Positions 29,641-40,140 of a stretch of DNA of 64,000 nt are shown here, piece by piece. How positions within the stretch are numbered: position 1 is the first letter of the stretch; the number at the start of each line of letters is the position of its first letter. The translations under genes and the position numbers were made by a program. Location of the stretch: NCBI RefSeq assembly GCF_937873925.1, contig NZ_CALNAT010000256.1, positions 327-64,326 on the forward strand, given 5' to 3'. The DNA is from an uncultured Proteiniphilum sp. (GTDB lineage Bacteria > Bacteroidota > Bacteroidia > Bacteroidales > Dysgonomonadaceae). Under the pieces are notes generated by a model that worked only from the letters and a program-made list of their open reading frames with translations, was not told where the DNA came from and did no database searches.

Positions 29641-29835
29641 TTGATTTAATGTGCTAATATGAATAATGTGCCAATGAGACTAATGAGAGACTGGAGAGAC
29701 GAGGAGACGGGGGAGTTTTTAATCCCAAATCCGACATTCCAAACCCCAAGTCTCGTGTCTTGGCTCTTGAATCTTTAAATTTTGGAATCTTTAAATCTGA
29801 AATCTTGAATCTTGAATCTTGAATCTGAAATCTGA
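29641..29835. repeat. Composite word tract filling the ACT-gene / aminotransferase spacer
   Basis: It runs from GTGCTAAT|ATGAATAAT|GTGCCAAT|GAGACTAAT|GAGAGAC... through CCCAAATCC/CCAAACCCC words to the heptamer array GAATCTT/GAATCTG/AAATCTT (29768-29835). Confidence 0.85.
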
Positions 29836-30261
29836 TCAAAGCTGGTAAATATCGGATTGGGACAGCAGTCTTACCCCTCTCTTTTCCAGCACTTCCGTTA
29901 CTCCGGGTATATCGGGGGTCCGGATTACGGCCAGCGCCACATCCCTGTTTGAGAAAGCATACATATAATCCACATTGATATTCTCCTCAGTCAGTATTTT
30001 CAGGATCCGGTACAGAGCGCCCGGTTCATCGGGTATGTTCACGCAAGCCACATCGGTCAGTCCGATCGAGAACCCTGCTTCTTCCAGCACTTCCTTTGCC
30101 AGTCCGGGTCTTCCCACCACCATGCGCACAATGCCGTAGTCCGTTGTCTCGGCCAGATTGAGCGCGGTAATATTCACATCATGTTCGGCCAGAATGCGGG
30201 TCAGGCCGGTAAGCCGTCCCGATCGGTCTTCCAGAAAAACGGATAATTGTTGAATATGCAT
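29836..30261 (-). CDS. ACT domain-containing protein
   Basis: 141 aa with tandem ACT-like beta-alpha-beta-beta-alpha-beta units. It lies immediately downstream of paaK, a recurrent pairing. Confidence 0.8.
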   Translation of the reverse strand: MHIQQLSVFLEDRSGRLTGLTRILAEHDVNITALNLAETTDYGIVRMVVGRPGLAKEVLEEAGFSIGLTDVACVNIPDEPGALYRILKILTEENINVDYMYAFSNRDVALAVIRTPDIPGVTEVLEKRGVRLLSQSDIYQL

Positions 30262-30313
30262 CCTGTTTGTTGTTTTTGATGATTTCTTTTTGCCTTTCAG
30301 AAATAGAAAAGGA

Positions 30314-31609
30314 TCATTTCCTGTGATCGATGATCCGCTTTGCTTTTCCTTCGGAGCGTTCTATGCTGTTGGGCTCCACCAGCCTGATAACCGCGCTGAT
30401 GCCCAGCATACTTTTGATATTGTGCTCGATACGCCGCCTGATCCCTTCCAGTTCACGGATGCTGTCCGACCAGTTCTTTTCATCGATCTCCACCAGGACC
30501 TCCAGCGTATCGAGATTATTTTCCCTGCGGATGATCAACTGGTAGTGCGGGGAGGTTTCCGACATCTCCATCAGTACCGATTCCACTTGAGATGGAAAAA
30601 CGTTCACCCCGCGGATGATCAACATGTCGTCGGTACGTCCCAGACATTTCTCCATGCGTACCAGCGTCCGCCCGCAGTCGCATTTCTCCCGGTGCAGCCG
30701 TGTGAGGTCGCGTGTCCGGTAGCGCAGCAGCGGCATTGCCTCCTTACTCACCGTGGTGAATACCAGTTCTCCCATTTCCCCGTCCGGCAGCACCTCCAGT
30801 GTTTCGGGATGGATGATCTCCGGGATAAAATGATCCTCGAAGACATGGTTTCCGCATTGGCACTCGCACTCCATGGAGACGCCCGGTCCGATCACTTCGC
30901 TCAGCCCGTAAATATCGTATGCCTTGATATGCAGCAGTTTTTCTATCTCCCTGCGCAACTCATTCGACCACGGTTCCGCACCAAAGACGCCTGCCCGCAG
31001 TTTAACATCCTCCGGCGAGATCCCTTCTTTCAGGATACTCTCGCCCAAATGTGCCGCGTACGACGGCGTACAGGCCAGGATAGTGGCATTGAAGTCGGTC
31101 ATGAACTGCAATTGCTTCCTGGTATTGCCGCTTGATATCGGAATAACGGTCGCCCCCACTTTTTCCGCGCCGTAGTGCAGCCCCAGTCCCCCCGTGAAGG
31201 GGCCGTAGCCGTAGGCTATCTGGATGGTATCTCCGCAGGGGATGCCCGCCATGGTGAGGCTGCGCGCCACCACTTCCGCCCAGATGTCGATATCCTGTTG
31301 GGTATAACCCACTACCGTCGGCTTTCCTGTGGTTCCGCTCGACGCGTGGATCCGTACCACGTCATTCTGAGGAACGGTAAAAAGCCCGAAGGGGTAGTTC
31401 TCCCTCAGGTCGGTTTTGGTGGTGAACGGAAGCGTTTTCAGCTGATCCACGCTCCGTATATCGCCCGGTTCAATTCCTCTCTTTTTCATCTGTGCCCTGT
31501 AGAACGGCACGTGGTCGTACATCCGTTGTATCATGGCGGAGAGTTGCCTGCTTTGCAGCGCGTGCATTTGTTCTCTTTCCGCACACTCTCTTGCGGGGTT
31601 CCAGATCAT
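30314..31609 (-). CDS. paaK: Phenylacetate--CoA ligase
   Basis: Adenylate-forming enzyme ([11 protein letters not shown]). The start is set at MIWNP (31609), 2 nt after the iorB stop. The ORF-track start at 31636 would overlap iorB by 26 nt. Confidence 0.88.
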   Translation of the reverse strand: MIWNPARECAEREQMHALQSRQLSAMIQRMYDHVPFYRAQMKKRGIEPGDIRSVDQLKTLPFTTKTDLRENYPFGLFTVPQNDVVRIHASSGTTGKPTVVGYTQQDIDIWAEVVARSLTMAGIPCGDTIQIAYGYGPFTGGLGLHYGAEKVGATVIPISSGNTRKQLQFMTDFNATILACTPSYAAHLGESILKEGISPEDVKLRAGVFGAEPWSNELRREIEKLLHIKAYDIYGLSEVIGPGVSMECECQCGNHVFEDHFIPEIIHPETLEVLPDGEMGELVFTTVSKEAMPLLRYRTRDLTRLHREKCDCGRTLVRMEKCLGRTDDMLIIRGVNVFPSQVESVLMEMSETSPHYQLIIRRENNLDTLEVLVEIDEKNWSDSIRELEGIRRRIEHNIKSMLGISAVIRLVEPNSIERSEGKAKRIIDHRK

Positions 31610-31610
31610 C

Positions 31611-32186
31611 TTATTCCGATGCATATTCTTTTCCAAGCCTGAACGCTTTTATGTTCATAGTAACTATTTCTTCTCCCTTTCTCTCGAAAAACATTCTGAT
31701 CGCCTTTTCCAGTTCCTTTTCCTCTATCCCCAGGTAAGGAGAAGCGGCTCCGAGCATAACCACATTGAAAGTCTTCGGACTTCCCGCCTTTTTGGCTAGC
31801 GATCCTGCCTCTACCGGCACGTGTGCGGCTGATTCCCTGACCGTAGCCATCAGTTTTTCCTCATCCGGATAGCCGGGGATATTCCTGTAGGGTTCGGTGG
31901 CGGTAATGATAATACCCGTGGGTGAGAGGAAAGGGAGGTAACGGAGCGCCTCCATGGGTTCGATCGACAGGATCAGGTCGGCCCTGCCCAGGGGGATCAG
32001 ATCCGAAAAGATATCCTCCGACGAGATACGCAGGTGCGACTCCACCGCACCGCCGCGCTGGCTCATACCGTGAACCTCGGCCTGTTTCACGTTCAGCCCC
32101 AGATTCATTGCCGCCAGGTCGATGATCGATGCGATGGTAAGTATCCCCTGTCCCCCGACACCTGCAATGATAATGTTCTTATGCAT
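31611..32186 (-). CDS. iorB: Indolepyruvate:ferredoxin oxidoreductase subunit beta
   Basis: 191 aa with [13 protein letters not shown] (oxidoreductase gamma-type domain). It overlaps the iorA 3' end by 8 nt. Confidence 0.9.
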   Translation of the reverse strand: MHKNIIIAGVGGQGILTIASIIDLAAMNLGLNVKQAEVHGMSQRGGAVESHLRISSEDIFSDLIPLGRADLILSIEPMEALRYLPFLSPTGIIITATEPYRNIPGYPDEEKLMATVRESAAHVPVEAGSLAKKAGSPKTFNVVMLGAASPYLGIEEKELEKAIRMFFERKGEEIVTMNIKAFRLGKEYASE

Positions 32187-33786
32187 GTTTTTCGCTTTTC
32201 ACTTTTCGTTTTTCACTTTTCTTCGCAGTCTGCACACATTCCCGTTGCGCGATGATGACGGAAACACCCTGATAGTCGAGTTCCTCTTTCAGTATTTTCA
32301 CGTTGTCATCGAGGTTCTTTTTCAGCGGTACGATCAACCGGATATGTTCTTCCTCCACGCCGATCCCCTTGCATATACCGTAAAAGCGCTCTGTTCCCGC
32401 CGAATCCTGTCCTCCCGTCATTGCCGTAGTGCCGTTATCGGATATGATGACGGTCATGGCAGACCGGTCGTTCACCGCATCGAGCAGTCCCGTCATTCCC
32501 GAATGGGTGAAGGTGGAATCCCCGATCACGCATAGGGCAGGGCGCATACCCGCGTCGGCAGCCCCTTTTGCCATGGTGATGGATGCACCCATATCCACGC
32601 AGGTACTGATGGTACCGTAGGGGGGCAGCGCCCCCAGGGTGTAGCACCCGATATCACCGAAAACAGGACGCTCCGGATAATCTTCCATTACCCGGTTAAC
32701 GGCGTCGAACAGGTCCCTGTGGCTGCAACCCTTGCATAACATGGGCGGTCGTCCCGTCACGATCCCGGGGACGGTCCTTATGTTGCCTGTGTCCGTCTGC
32801 AGCGCTTTGGCCAGTAGGTGGGGGGAGAGTTCTCCAGTCCGGGGCAGTGTGCCATCCAGGCGTCCCCTGAATTTCCCGTTTCCGAAATACCCTTTCAGCA
32901 GTTCTTCGTAAACTGGGTATCCTTCTTCCGCAATAAGAACGGAGGAATATCTCTCTGCGAATTCTTTTATTTTTTCTTGAGGTAATGGATATTGCGATAT
33001 TTTAAGCACCGGGATGTGGAGCCGGTAAGACTTGATCACTTCCATGGCGTAATTGTAAGCAATACCGAAAGCGATAACCGCCATGGGGCCTTCTCCTTCC
33101 GTTACCCTGTTAAAATCCGATGATTCGGAGGAGGCTGTCAGTTCCTGCTGTTTTTCAAGCAGGTGTTGATAGTTTTTCCGGGCATTCGCAGGCAGGAGGA
33201 TCCATTTCCCCTTATCTGCGGAAGGGTATAATGCGTTTTGTTCCCGTGGTTCTCTGCGCACGACTGCCGCACGGGAGTGGGAAAGCCGTGTAGGGATACG
33301 CAACATCACCGGTAATTCTGTTCTTTCCGACAGGTCGAATCCGTAGCGTACCATATCATAGGCCTCTTGTTGATTGGCAGGTTCCAGTACCGGGATCATG
33401 GCGAATTTGGCATATACGCGGCTGTCCTGTTCGTTTTGCGATGAGTGCATCGAAGGGTCGTCCGCTACCGCTATTACCAGTCCTCCGTGCACACCGGTAA
33501 CGGCTGCGTTCATGAATGCATCGGCAGCCACGTTCAGTCCTACATGCTTCATGCAGGTCAGGCTTCGTTTTCCCGCAAACGACATACCCAGTGCGGCTTC
33601 GAAAGCCGTTTTTTCGTTCGCCGCCCATGCCGATCGGACTTGCGCCCCGTTCGCCGGTACCGATTGTTGTATAAATTCCGTAATTTCCGTGGAAGGAGTG
33701 CCCGGATAAGCGTACACCCCCGATATTCCGGCATCCAGCGCTGCCTGCGCAATGGCTTCGGCACCCAGTAATAGTTGTTTGTACAT
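32179..33786 (-). CDS. iorA: Indolepyruvate:ferredoxin oxidoreductase subunit alpha
   Basis: 535 aa with a TPP-binding fold (GDSTFTHSG, GCYTLG) and paired with iorB. The last ~14 residues ([14 protein letters not shown]) are encoded by an AAAAGTGAAAA-type repeat. Confidence 0.9.
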   Translation of the reverse strand: MYKQLLLGAEAIAQAALDAGISGVYAYPGTPSTEITEFIQQSVPANGAQVRSAWAANEKTAFEAALGMSFAGKRSLTCMKHVGLNVAADAFMNAAVTGVHGGLVIAVADDPSMHSSQNEQDSRVYAKFAMIPVLEPANQQEAYDMVRYGFDLSERTELPVMLRIPTRLSHSRAAVVRREPREQNALYPSADKGKWILLPANARKNYQHLLEKQQELTASSESSDFNRVTEGEGPMAVIAFGIAYNYAMEVIKSYRLHIPVLKISQYPLPQEKIKEFAERYSSVLIAEEGYPVYEELLKGYFGNGKFRGRLDGTLPRTGELSPHLLAKALQTDTGNIRTVPGIVTGRPPMLCKGCSHRDLFDAVNRVMEDYPERPVFGDIGCYTLGALPPYGTISTCVDMGASITMAKGAADAGMRPALCVIGDSTFTHSGMTGLLDAVNDRSAMTVIISDNGTTAMTGGQDSAGTERFYGICKGIGVEEEHIRLIVPLKKNLDDNVKILKEELDYQGVSVIIAQRECVQTAKKSEKRKVKSEKHA

Positions 33787-34121
33787 ATCTTTTCAGTCTG
33801 GTTTTTGCAGATTGCAAATTATACAAAAACCTTCCTCAATAGTGTGTTTTTATTCAAAAATCAAAGATTCAGGTTGCAAATGTACAAAAAATAAACCTTT
33901 AAAATTTTAAATACTCAAAATTAGAATGTTTCTAAATCATTTTTATCAGAGAAGGCTAACAAGGTTCAGGATCAGTGACTGTATTTTGTATTTTCCGGAG
34001 AGGTAGTTTTTCCTTTTCGTCTGCTCGTTACTTTGTTCTTAAATGGCTATTCCGTACGAAAATAATCGATTAGGCTAAGATAAACGAGGAAAAGACGGTA
34101 TTTATATTTTGGAAAAAGCAC

Positions 34122-34152
34122 AAAAAAGCGAACCTTTTCGGGCTCGCTTTTT
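34122..34152 (-). terminator. pnp terminator
   Basis: The minus-strand RNA reads AGCGAGCC-CGAAAA-GGTTCGCT followed by UUUUUU, 20 nt past the pnp stop. Confidence 0.8.
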
Positions 34153-34171
34153 ATCCTATGTTTGTGTTTAT

Positions 34172-36328
<2,157 letters not shown>

Positions 36329-36365
36329 AAATGATAAGTTATTATTTTCTTTGCATAAAATCCCC

Positions 36366-36373
36366 CAAAGATA
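36366..36373 (-). promoter_or_regulatory. Candidate -7 box TATCTTTG upstream of pnp
   Basis: The plus strand reads CAAAGATA, 38 nt upstream of ATG 36328. Confidence 0.45.
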
Positions 36374-36618
36374 CATAAAGTTTTGGTTTCATGATGCATC
36401 CGGAACGATAAAATATGAAAATGTGAGCGTCCGATAATTTTACGATATGTTATTGACTGACTGTAAGGGGCCGCCCTGATAAAAAAACAGGAACGCCCCG
36501 TCAGGGGTGTTTCTTCACAGCTTCGGCCCTTTTCAGTGAAAGTTCAAGGTTATTGAATTGTTAAATATTTTATTTAAACTATATGTTTGTGGATGATAAA
36601 AAATTCTGTTTATGGCGA

Positions 36619-36807
36619 TCAGCTGATAATCCCTTTCCTATGGAGCTCCAAAAAAATAAGGTATTCTTTAAAGGTCCGGCTGTTTTTACCTTGTGCAATA
36701 CGATATGCTCTCCACCCGGTCGTACCGTATTTCTTTGCCAGTTGCTTATAGAATGTCCGGTTCTCACAAAGAAGATAGTGGAAGTAAGCTTTACACATTG
36801 AAGTCAA
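36619..36807 (-). CDS. Hypothetical small basic protein with a possible helix-turn-helix
   Basis: 62-aa ORF. The segment LAKKYGTTGWRAYRIAQGK resembles a resolvase-type HTH. A GC-rich hairpin with a U-run lies ~100 nt downstream on the same strand. I found no promoter, and an antisense ORF of similar size exists. Confidence 0.3.
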   Translation of the reverse strand: MTSMCKAYFHYLLCENRTFYKQLAKKYGTTGWRAYRIAQGKNSRTFKEYLIFLELHRKGIIS

Positions 36808-37126
36808 TCAATTAGGGCTTGTTAAATAAATTTTTATCAGGTTGAAATGAATGATCATGGCATGATTCCATGATAAACTGGTCTTGCACTTCCTTATATT
36901 AACCGGTATTAACCGGTAGAAAACAACTAAGTTTACTTGAATATGCCGTTTCAGGAACTTTTTCGATCAGCGAGGACAGAGATAAAACTTGTTTTGCCTA
37001 TGTCGAGCACAGAAAAAGCCTGAAAGAAAATACTTGACTTTAATAGACCTCGTATTGATTAAAGAATAAGATGACAGATGATCAGAGATCTAACATCTTA
37101 TTCGATATCAACTTTAATGAGAATTT

Positions 37127-37172
37127 AAAAAAAGCGGGAGAAAACTCCTTTGTTTTCTTCCCGCTTTTTTTT
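37127..37172 (-). terminator. Terminator of the collagen-like lipoprotein gene
   Basis: The minus-strand RNA reads GCGGGAAGAAAAC-AAAGGA-GTTTTCTCCCGC (12 bp, one bulge) followed by UUUUUUU. It starts 13 nt past the stop codon. A-runs and T-runs flank it on both sides. Confidence 0.88.
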
Positions 37173-37184
37173 GATTAACTATTG

Positions 37185-40079
37185 TTAGTTAATGGCCATA
37201 TTGAATTCTTTCGGTATGATGAATGTATAGTCATGTCCGAAATTATCTTTCAATGTCACCTGGAGTTTAGTAGCTACAGGTACCGCCGGAGGACTGGTAA
37301 TTACAGGAGCGAACGAAACATCGGTTCCGGTAAGTGTCGGAACAAAGTATTCATTCACCTTGTCATAAGCGGGCGCTCCGGTCAATACTTTCACATCAAT
37401 AACATTGAAGGTTCTGCCGTCTTGCAGTGCAGGAGTATTGGTCAAATCAACGCGTGCTCCAACAGGTGGTAAGGCAGTGATATTTGAAATACTATAGGCT
37501 GCTACTGCTTCTGCATATTTCAGTGCAGGAGTATTTGCCTGGTTAGTACCTTTGTACTGCCACTCTTTCAGGTCTTGTACATAAGAACGGAATTCAGCTT
37601 TAATCGGTGTGGACGGTGCCCAGTAAACCCGATGGTTTGCGCTTCCATTATACAATACATAACCGAAGTCTTTCGCCAGTCTCAAGTCATAGATCTTTCC
37701 GTGGCCCGGTGCGGGTGCAGGCAGGTAAGGCACGCCAATTTCTGCCACAGGTACGGTACCATTGGTATTGGAAGTATTCCATGTCGGTCTAGAAGCTACA
37801 GGATGGGTAGTAGTGTTTTCTACAAGATATCCGGCTCCGTCAGTACCGATACCGTTCAATGCGTTGGCAAGATTATACTCTCTTGTTCCCGGTAACGGAT
37901 AAGCATAAATTACCGCCTGTCCGTTCACATCGTGGTGAATGCTGGTCTTATATCCGATGCCAGTTCCGTCGAAGGTAGGCATTACTTTCGTCAGGGTTAC
38001 GTTGGTTGTGCTGAACGGTACTCCGAAGCTATTGTTCAACGTAAGCGTACCGGTGTAAGTTACACCTTCCTGAAGATCAGATGGTTTTACGTTTATGATC
38101 TGAAGTTTCTTGGTATCAGCCCATGTAGCTGCCGGATTGTTACTGGCATCTAATCTTATGAGATTAGTCAGATCCAATACAACACTATGTCCGATCGTCA
38201 TACTGAATGTAGCGCTTCCTACGCTAGCCAGATTTACACCCGGGGCAAATGTGAGGATATTGGAAGGAACAGTAGTCGCTGCGGTCGGAACCGGAGCTGT
38301 AATTGTCTGGGTAAAGTTGAGACCTGAAGAAGCTACATCACCTACATATACGTAGAAGGACTTACCGTCGGGGTCAACCAGTGTACCGTCATAGTTCACA
38401 GCCATCACGCGGAAACCGATAATATCTCCGTTTGCCGAACCAGAATTAATCTGCAGGTTGGCCACTTCGCTCGCTTTATAAACCTTTTCCAGGCCATCGA
38501 TATCGTAGCTGTTCCATGCATTTAATTCAGAAGGAGAACTTTCAACAGCCCATGCCCTGTCTAATACAATATAGTAAGCAAAAACATCATCGGCGTTATC
38601 TAATTTTAGGTTGAAAGTTTTACCAATTTCAGCGCCGAAGAAATTCTGTGCTCTCCTGTCGTCTGCAGGGTCAGCATTTTTAGTCTCTGCTGTATTCCAT
38701 ACACCTGTAGCCCATTTTTGATCAGCCGGTGCAGTGATTCCTGTTTCGCTGGTCAGATAACGGTTCTTGATGGTGGTGTGCGATCTATAAGCGGTTGCCG
38801 GTTCAGTTCCTTTCTTCACCGAGAAGATCAGATCATCAGGTGCATCCTGGCTATTATAAATAGGCGTCTTGGTTGAAGCTTGAATCCTGACACCAAAATC
38901 AGATATCACAAAGCGTTCTGCAGGCGTTTCACTTACATCCACACTGTTTTCGATGGCAATTGCAAACAAGAACTGTCCACTTACATCAGCAACCAAGGGG
39001 TTCAGTCCGACTACATTTGCTTCGGCAGGCATCTGGAATGTTACGTTCCAAAGACCGGTCACTGAAGGCGCAGCGCGCAAAGCGGTAGAACGTTCAGCTT
39101 TTACGGCTTTCACAAAATTGTTTACCAGATTGTTACCGTCACGTCTGATCAGATAGATCTTGTCTAACATTTTACTTATATCAGCAGTAGCGGGGCTTAC
39201 TTTGATTTCAATAGTCTGCTCTGCATAGAGTATCCGTTGACCATTGGTGAAAGCAATGGCACCTTCAAACCCCTGTCCGAATGCCCAGGTCTTTCTTGCC
39301 GGGGCAGTAGAGAAGTTCAGGGAGCGGTTTCTGGCCCAAATATCGTCATTTTCATAATCCAAAGAGATCTTGGTGATCATTTCGTTGATTTTAGCAAAGC
39401 TGAAAGTGATCGAAGTAACACCATTTCCTAATTTTACATTCGAAAGAGTAATGGATCCTGTTTCTTCATTCACAACGGCTGTGATTATGCCGGGGAGCAA
39501 CCACTGTTCGTCGGTCTTTGTTTTAACGTCACCATCAACCTTATACCAGTAGCCGTCGGAATTAGGCTCATAATAAATACCGTCTTTTCCTGCGGGGCCA
39601 GTCGGACCAGCGGGACCTTGTTCTCCAGCATCACCTTTTTCGCCTTTCCATGTATATTCAGATTTCACACCGTCAATATACCAGAAACCGTCAGGATTAG
39701 CGGTAACAACAGATCCGGGTTGACCTGCGGTGCCTGTATCTCCCTTGTCTCCCTTGTCTCCTTTATCTCCCTTGTCTCCTTTATCTCCCTTGTCACCTTT
39801 ATCGCCTTTCGCACCGTCAACACCGTCAACACCATTTTTCAGGTCGTACGTTTGACCGTTACTCAAAGTAACTTTCAAACCGGTAGCTGTGCTCTCAACT
39901 TGAGTGATAACGGCGCCCCCATCCACTTTGCTTTTCAAGTCGTTCAAAGTGGAACTGAGACCTGCAATCTTTTCCTCGAGATTGCTGATGTCATCATCAT
40001 AATCTTTACACGATGTAACTGTGACGAATGCCGCAATCACCGCGAAGATAAAAAACTTAAATAAATAACTTTTTTTCAT
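37185..40079 (-). CDS. Large surface lipoprotein with coiled-coil N-terminus and collagen-like G-X-Y repeats
   Basis: 964 aa. It has a signal peptide plus lipobox (AAFVTVTSC) and a heptad-like segment (ISNLEEKIAGLSSTLNDLKSKV). There are two G-X-Y tracts, GVDGVDGAK(GDK)7GDTGTAGQPG and GEKGDAGEQGPAGPTGPAGKDG. Each tract is followed by a DG(F/Y)WY motif. The remaining ~750 aa look beta-rich and I cannot assign a domain. Confidence 0.85.
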   Translation of the reverse strand: MKKSYLFKFFIFAVIAAFVTVTSCKDYDDDISNLEEKIAGLSSTLNDLKSKVDGGAVITQVESTATGLKVTLSNGQTYDLKNGVDGVDGAKGDKGDKGDKGDKGDKGDKGDKGDTGTAGQPGSVVTANPDGFWYIDGVKSEYTWKGEKGDAGEQGPAGPTGPAGKDGIYYEPNSDGYWYKVDGDVKTKTDEQWLLPGIITAVVNEETGSITLSNVKLGNGVTSITFSFAKINEMITKISLDYENDDIWARNRSLNFSTAPARKTWAFGQGFEGAIAFTNGQRILYAEQTIEIKVSPATADISKMLDKIYLIRRDGNNLVNNFVKAVKAERSTALRAAPSVTGLWNVTFQMPAEANVVGLNPLVADVSGQFLFAIAIENSVDVSETPAERFVISDFGVRIQASTKTPIYNSQDAPDDLIFSVKKGTEPATAYRSHTTIKNRYLTSETGITAPADQKWATGVWNTAETKNADPADDRRAQNFFGAEIGKTFNLKLDNADDVFAYYIVLDRAWAVESSPSELNAWNSYDIDGLEKVYKASEVANLQINSGSANGDIIGFRVMAVNYDGTLVDPDGKSFYVYVGDVASSGLNFTQTITAPVPTAATTVPSNILTFAPGVNLASVGSATFSMTIGHSVVLDLTNLIRLDASNNPAATWADTKKLQIINVKPSDLQEGVTYTGTLTLNNSFGVPFSTTNVTLTKVMPTFDGTGIGYKTSIHHDVNGQAVIYAYPLPGTREYNLANALNGIGTDGAGYLVENTTTHPVASRPTWNTSNTNGTVPVAEIGVPYLPAPAPGHGKIYDLRLAKDFGYVLYNGSANHRVYWAPSTPIKAEFRSYVQDLKEWQYKGTNQANTPALKYAEAVAAYSISNITALPPVGARVDLTNTPALQDGRTFNVIDVKVLTGAPAYDKVNEYFVPTLTGTDVSFAPVITSPPAVPVATKLQVTLKDNFGHDYTFIIPKEFNMAIN
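39744..39806 (-). repeat. Seven tandem 9-bp units encoding (Gly-Asp-Lys)7 inside the collagen-like lipoprotein gene
   Basis: The coding strand reads GGC GAT AAA / GGT GAC AAG / GGA GAT AAA / GGA GAC AAG ... for residues 92-112. It lies inside G-X-Y tract 39714-39833. A second G-X-Y tract is at 39579-39644. Confidence 0.95.
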
Positions 40080-40140
40080 ACACTAAAAATTTAATAATAA
40101 AAATGGATTAAAATATTACACAATTGGTGTTCTTATATTT

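Noticed and set aside
29641-29835. Possible CRISPR array or minisatellite locus
   Set aside because: The units are 7-11 nt with no unique spacers of 25-40 nt. There are no cas genes in the window. The repeats drift in sequence rather than being conserved, so this is not a CRISPR array.
36583-36801. 72-aa plus-strand ORF overlapping the 62-aa minus-strand ORF
   Set aside because: It is Cys/Phe/Leu-rich with no motif. No plus-strand terminator or promoter box is associated with it. The minus-strand ORF has the HTH-like segment and a downstream hairpin. Both remain low-confidence.
39579-39833. Collagen G-X-Y repeats as possible eukaryotic contamination or an assembly chimera
   Set aside because: The tracts are in frame within a single 964-aa ORF. 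That ORF has a bacterial lipoprotein signal, flanking bacterial genes on the same strand and a bacterial intrinsic terminator.
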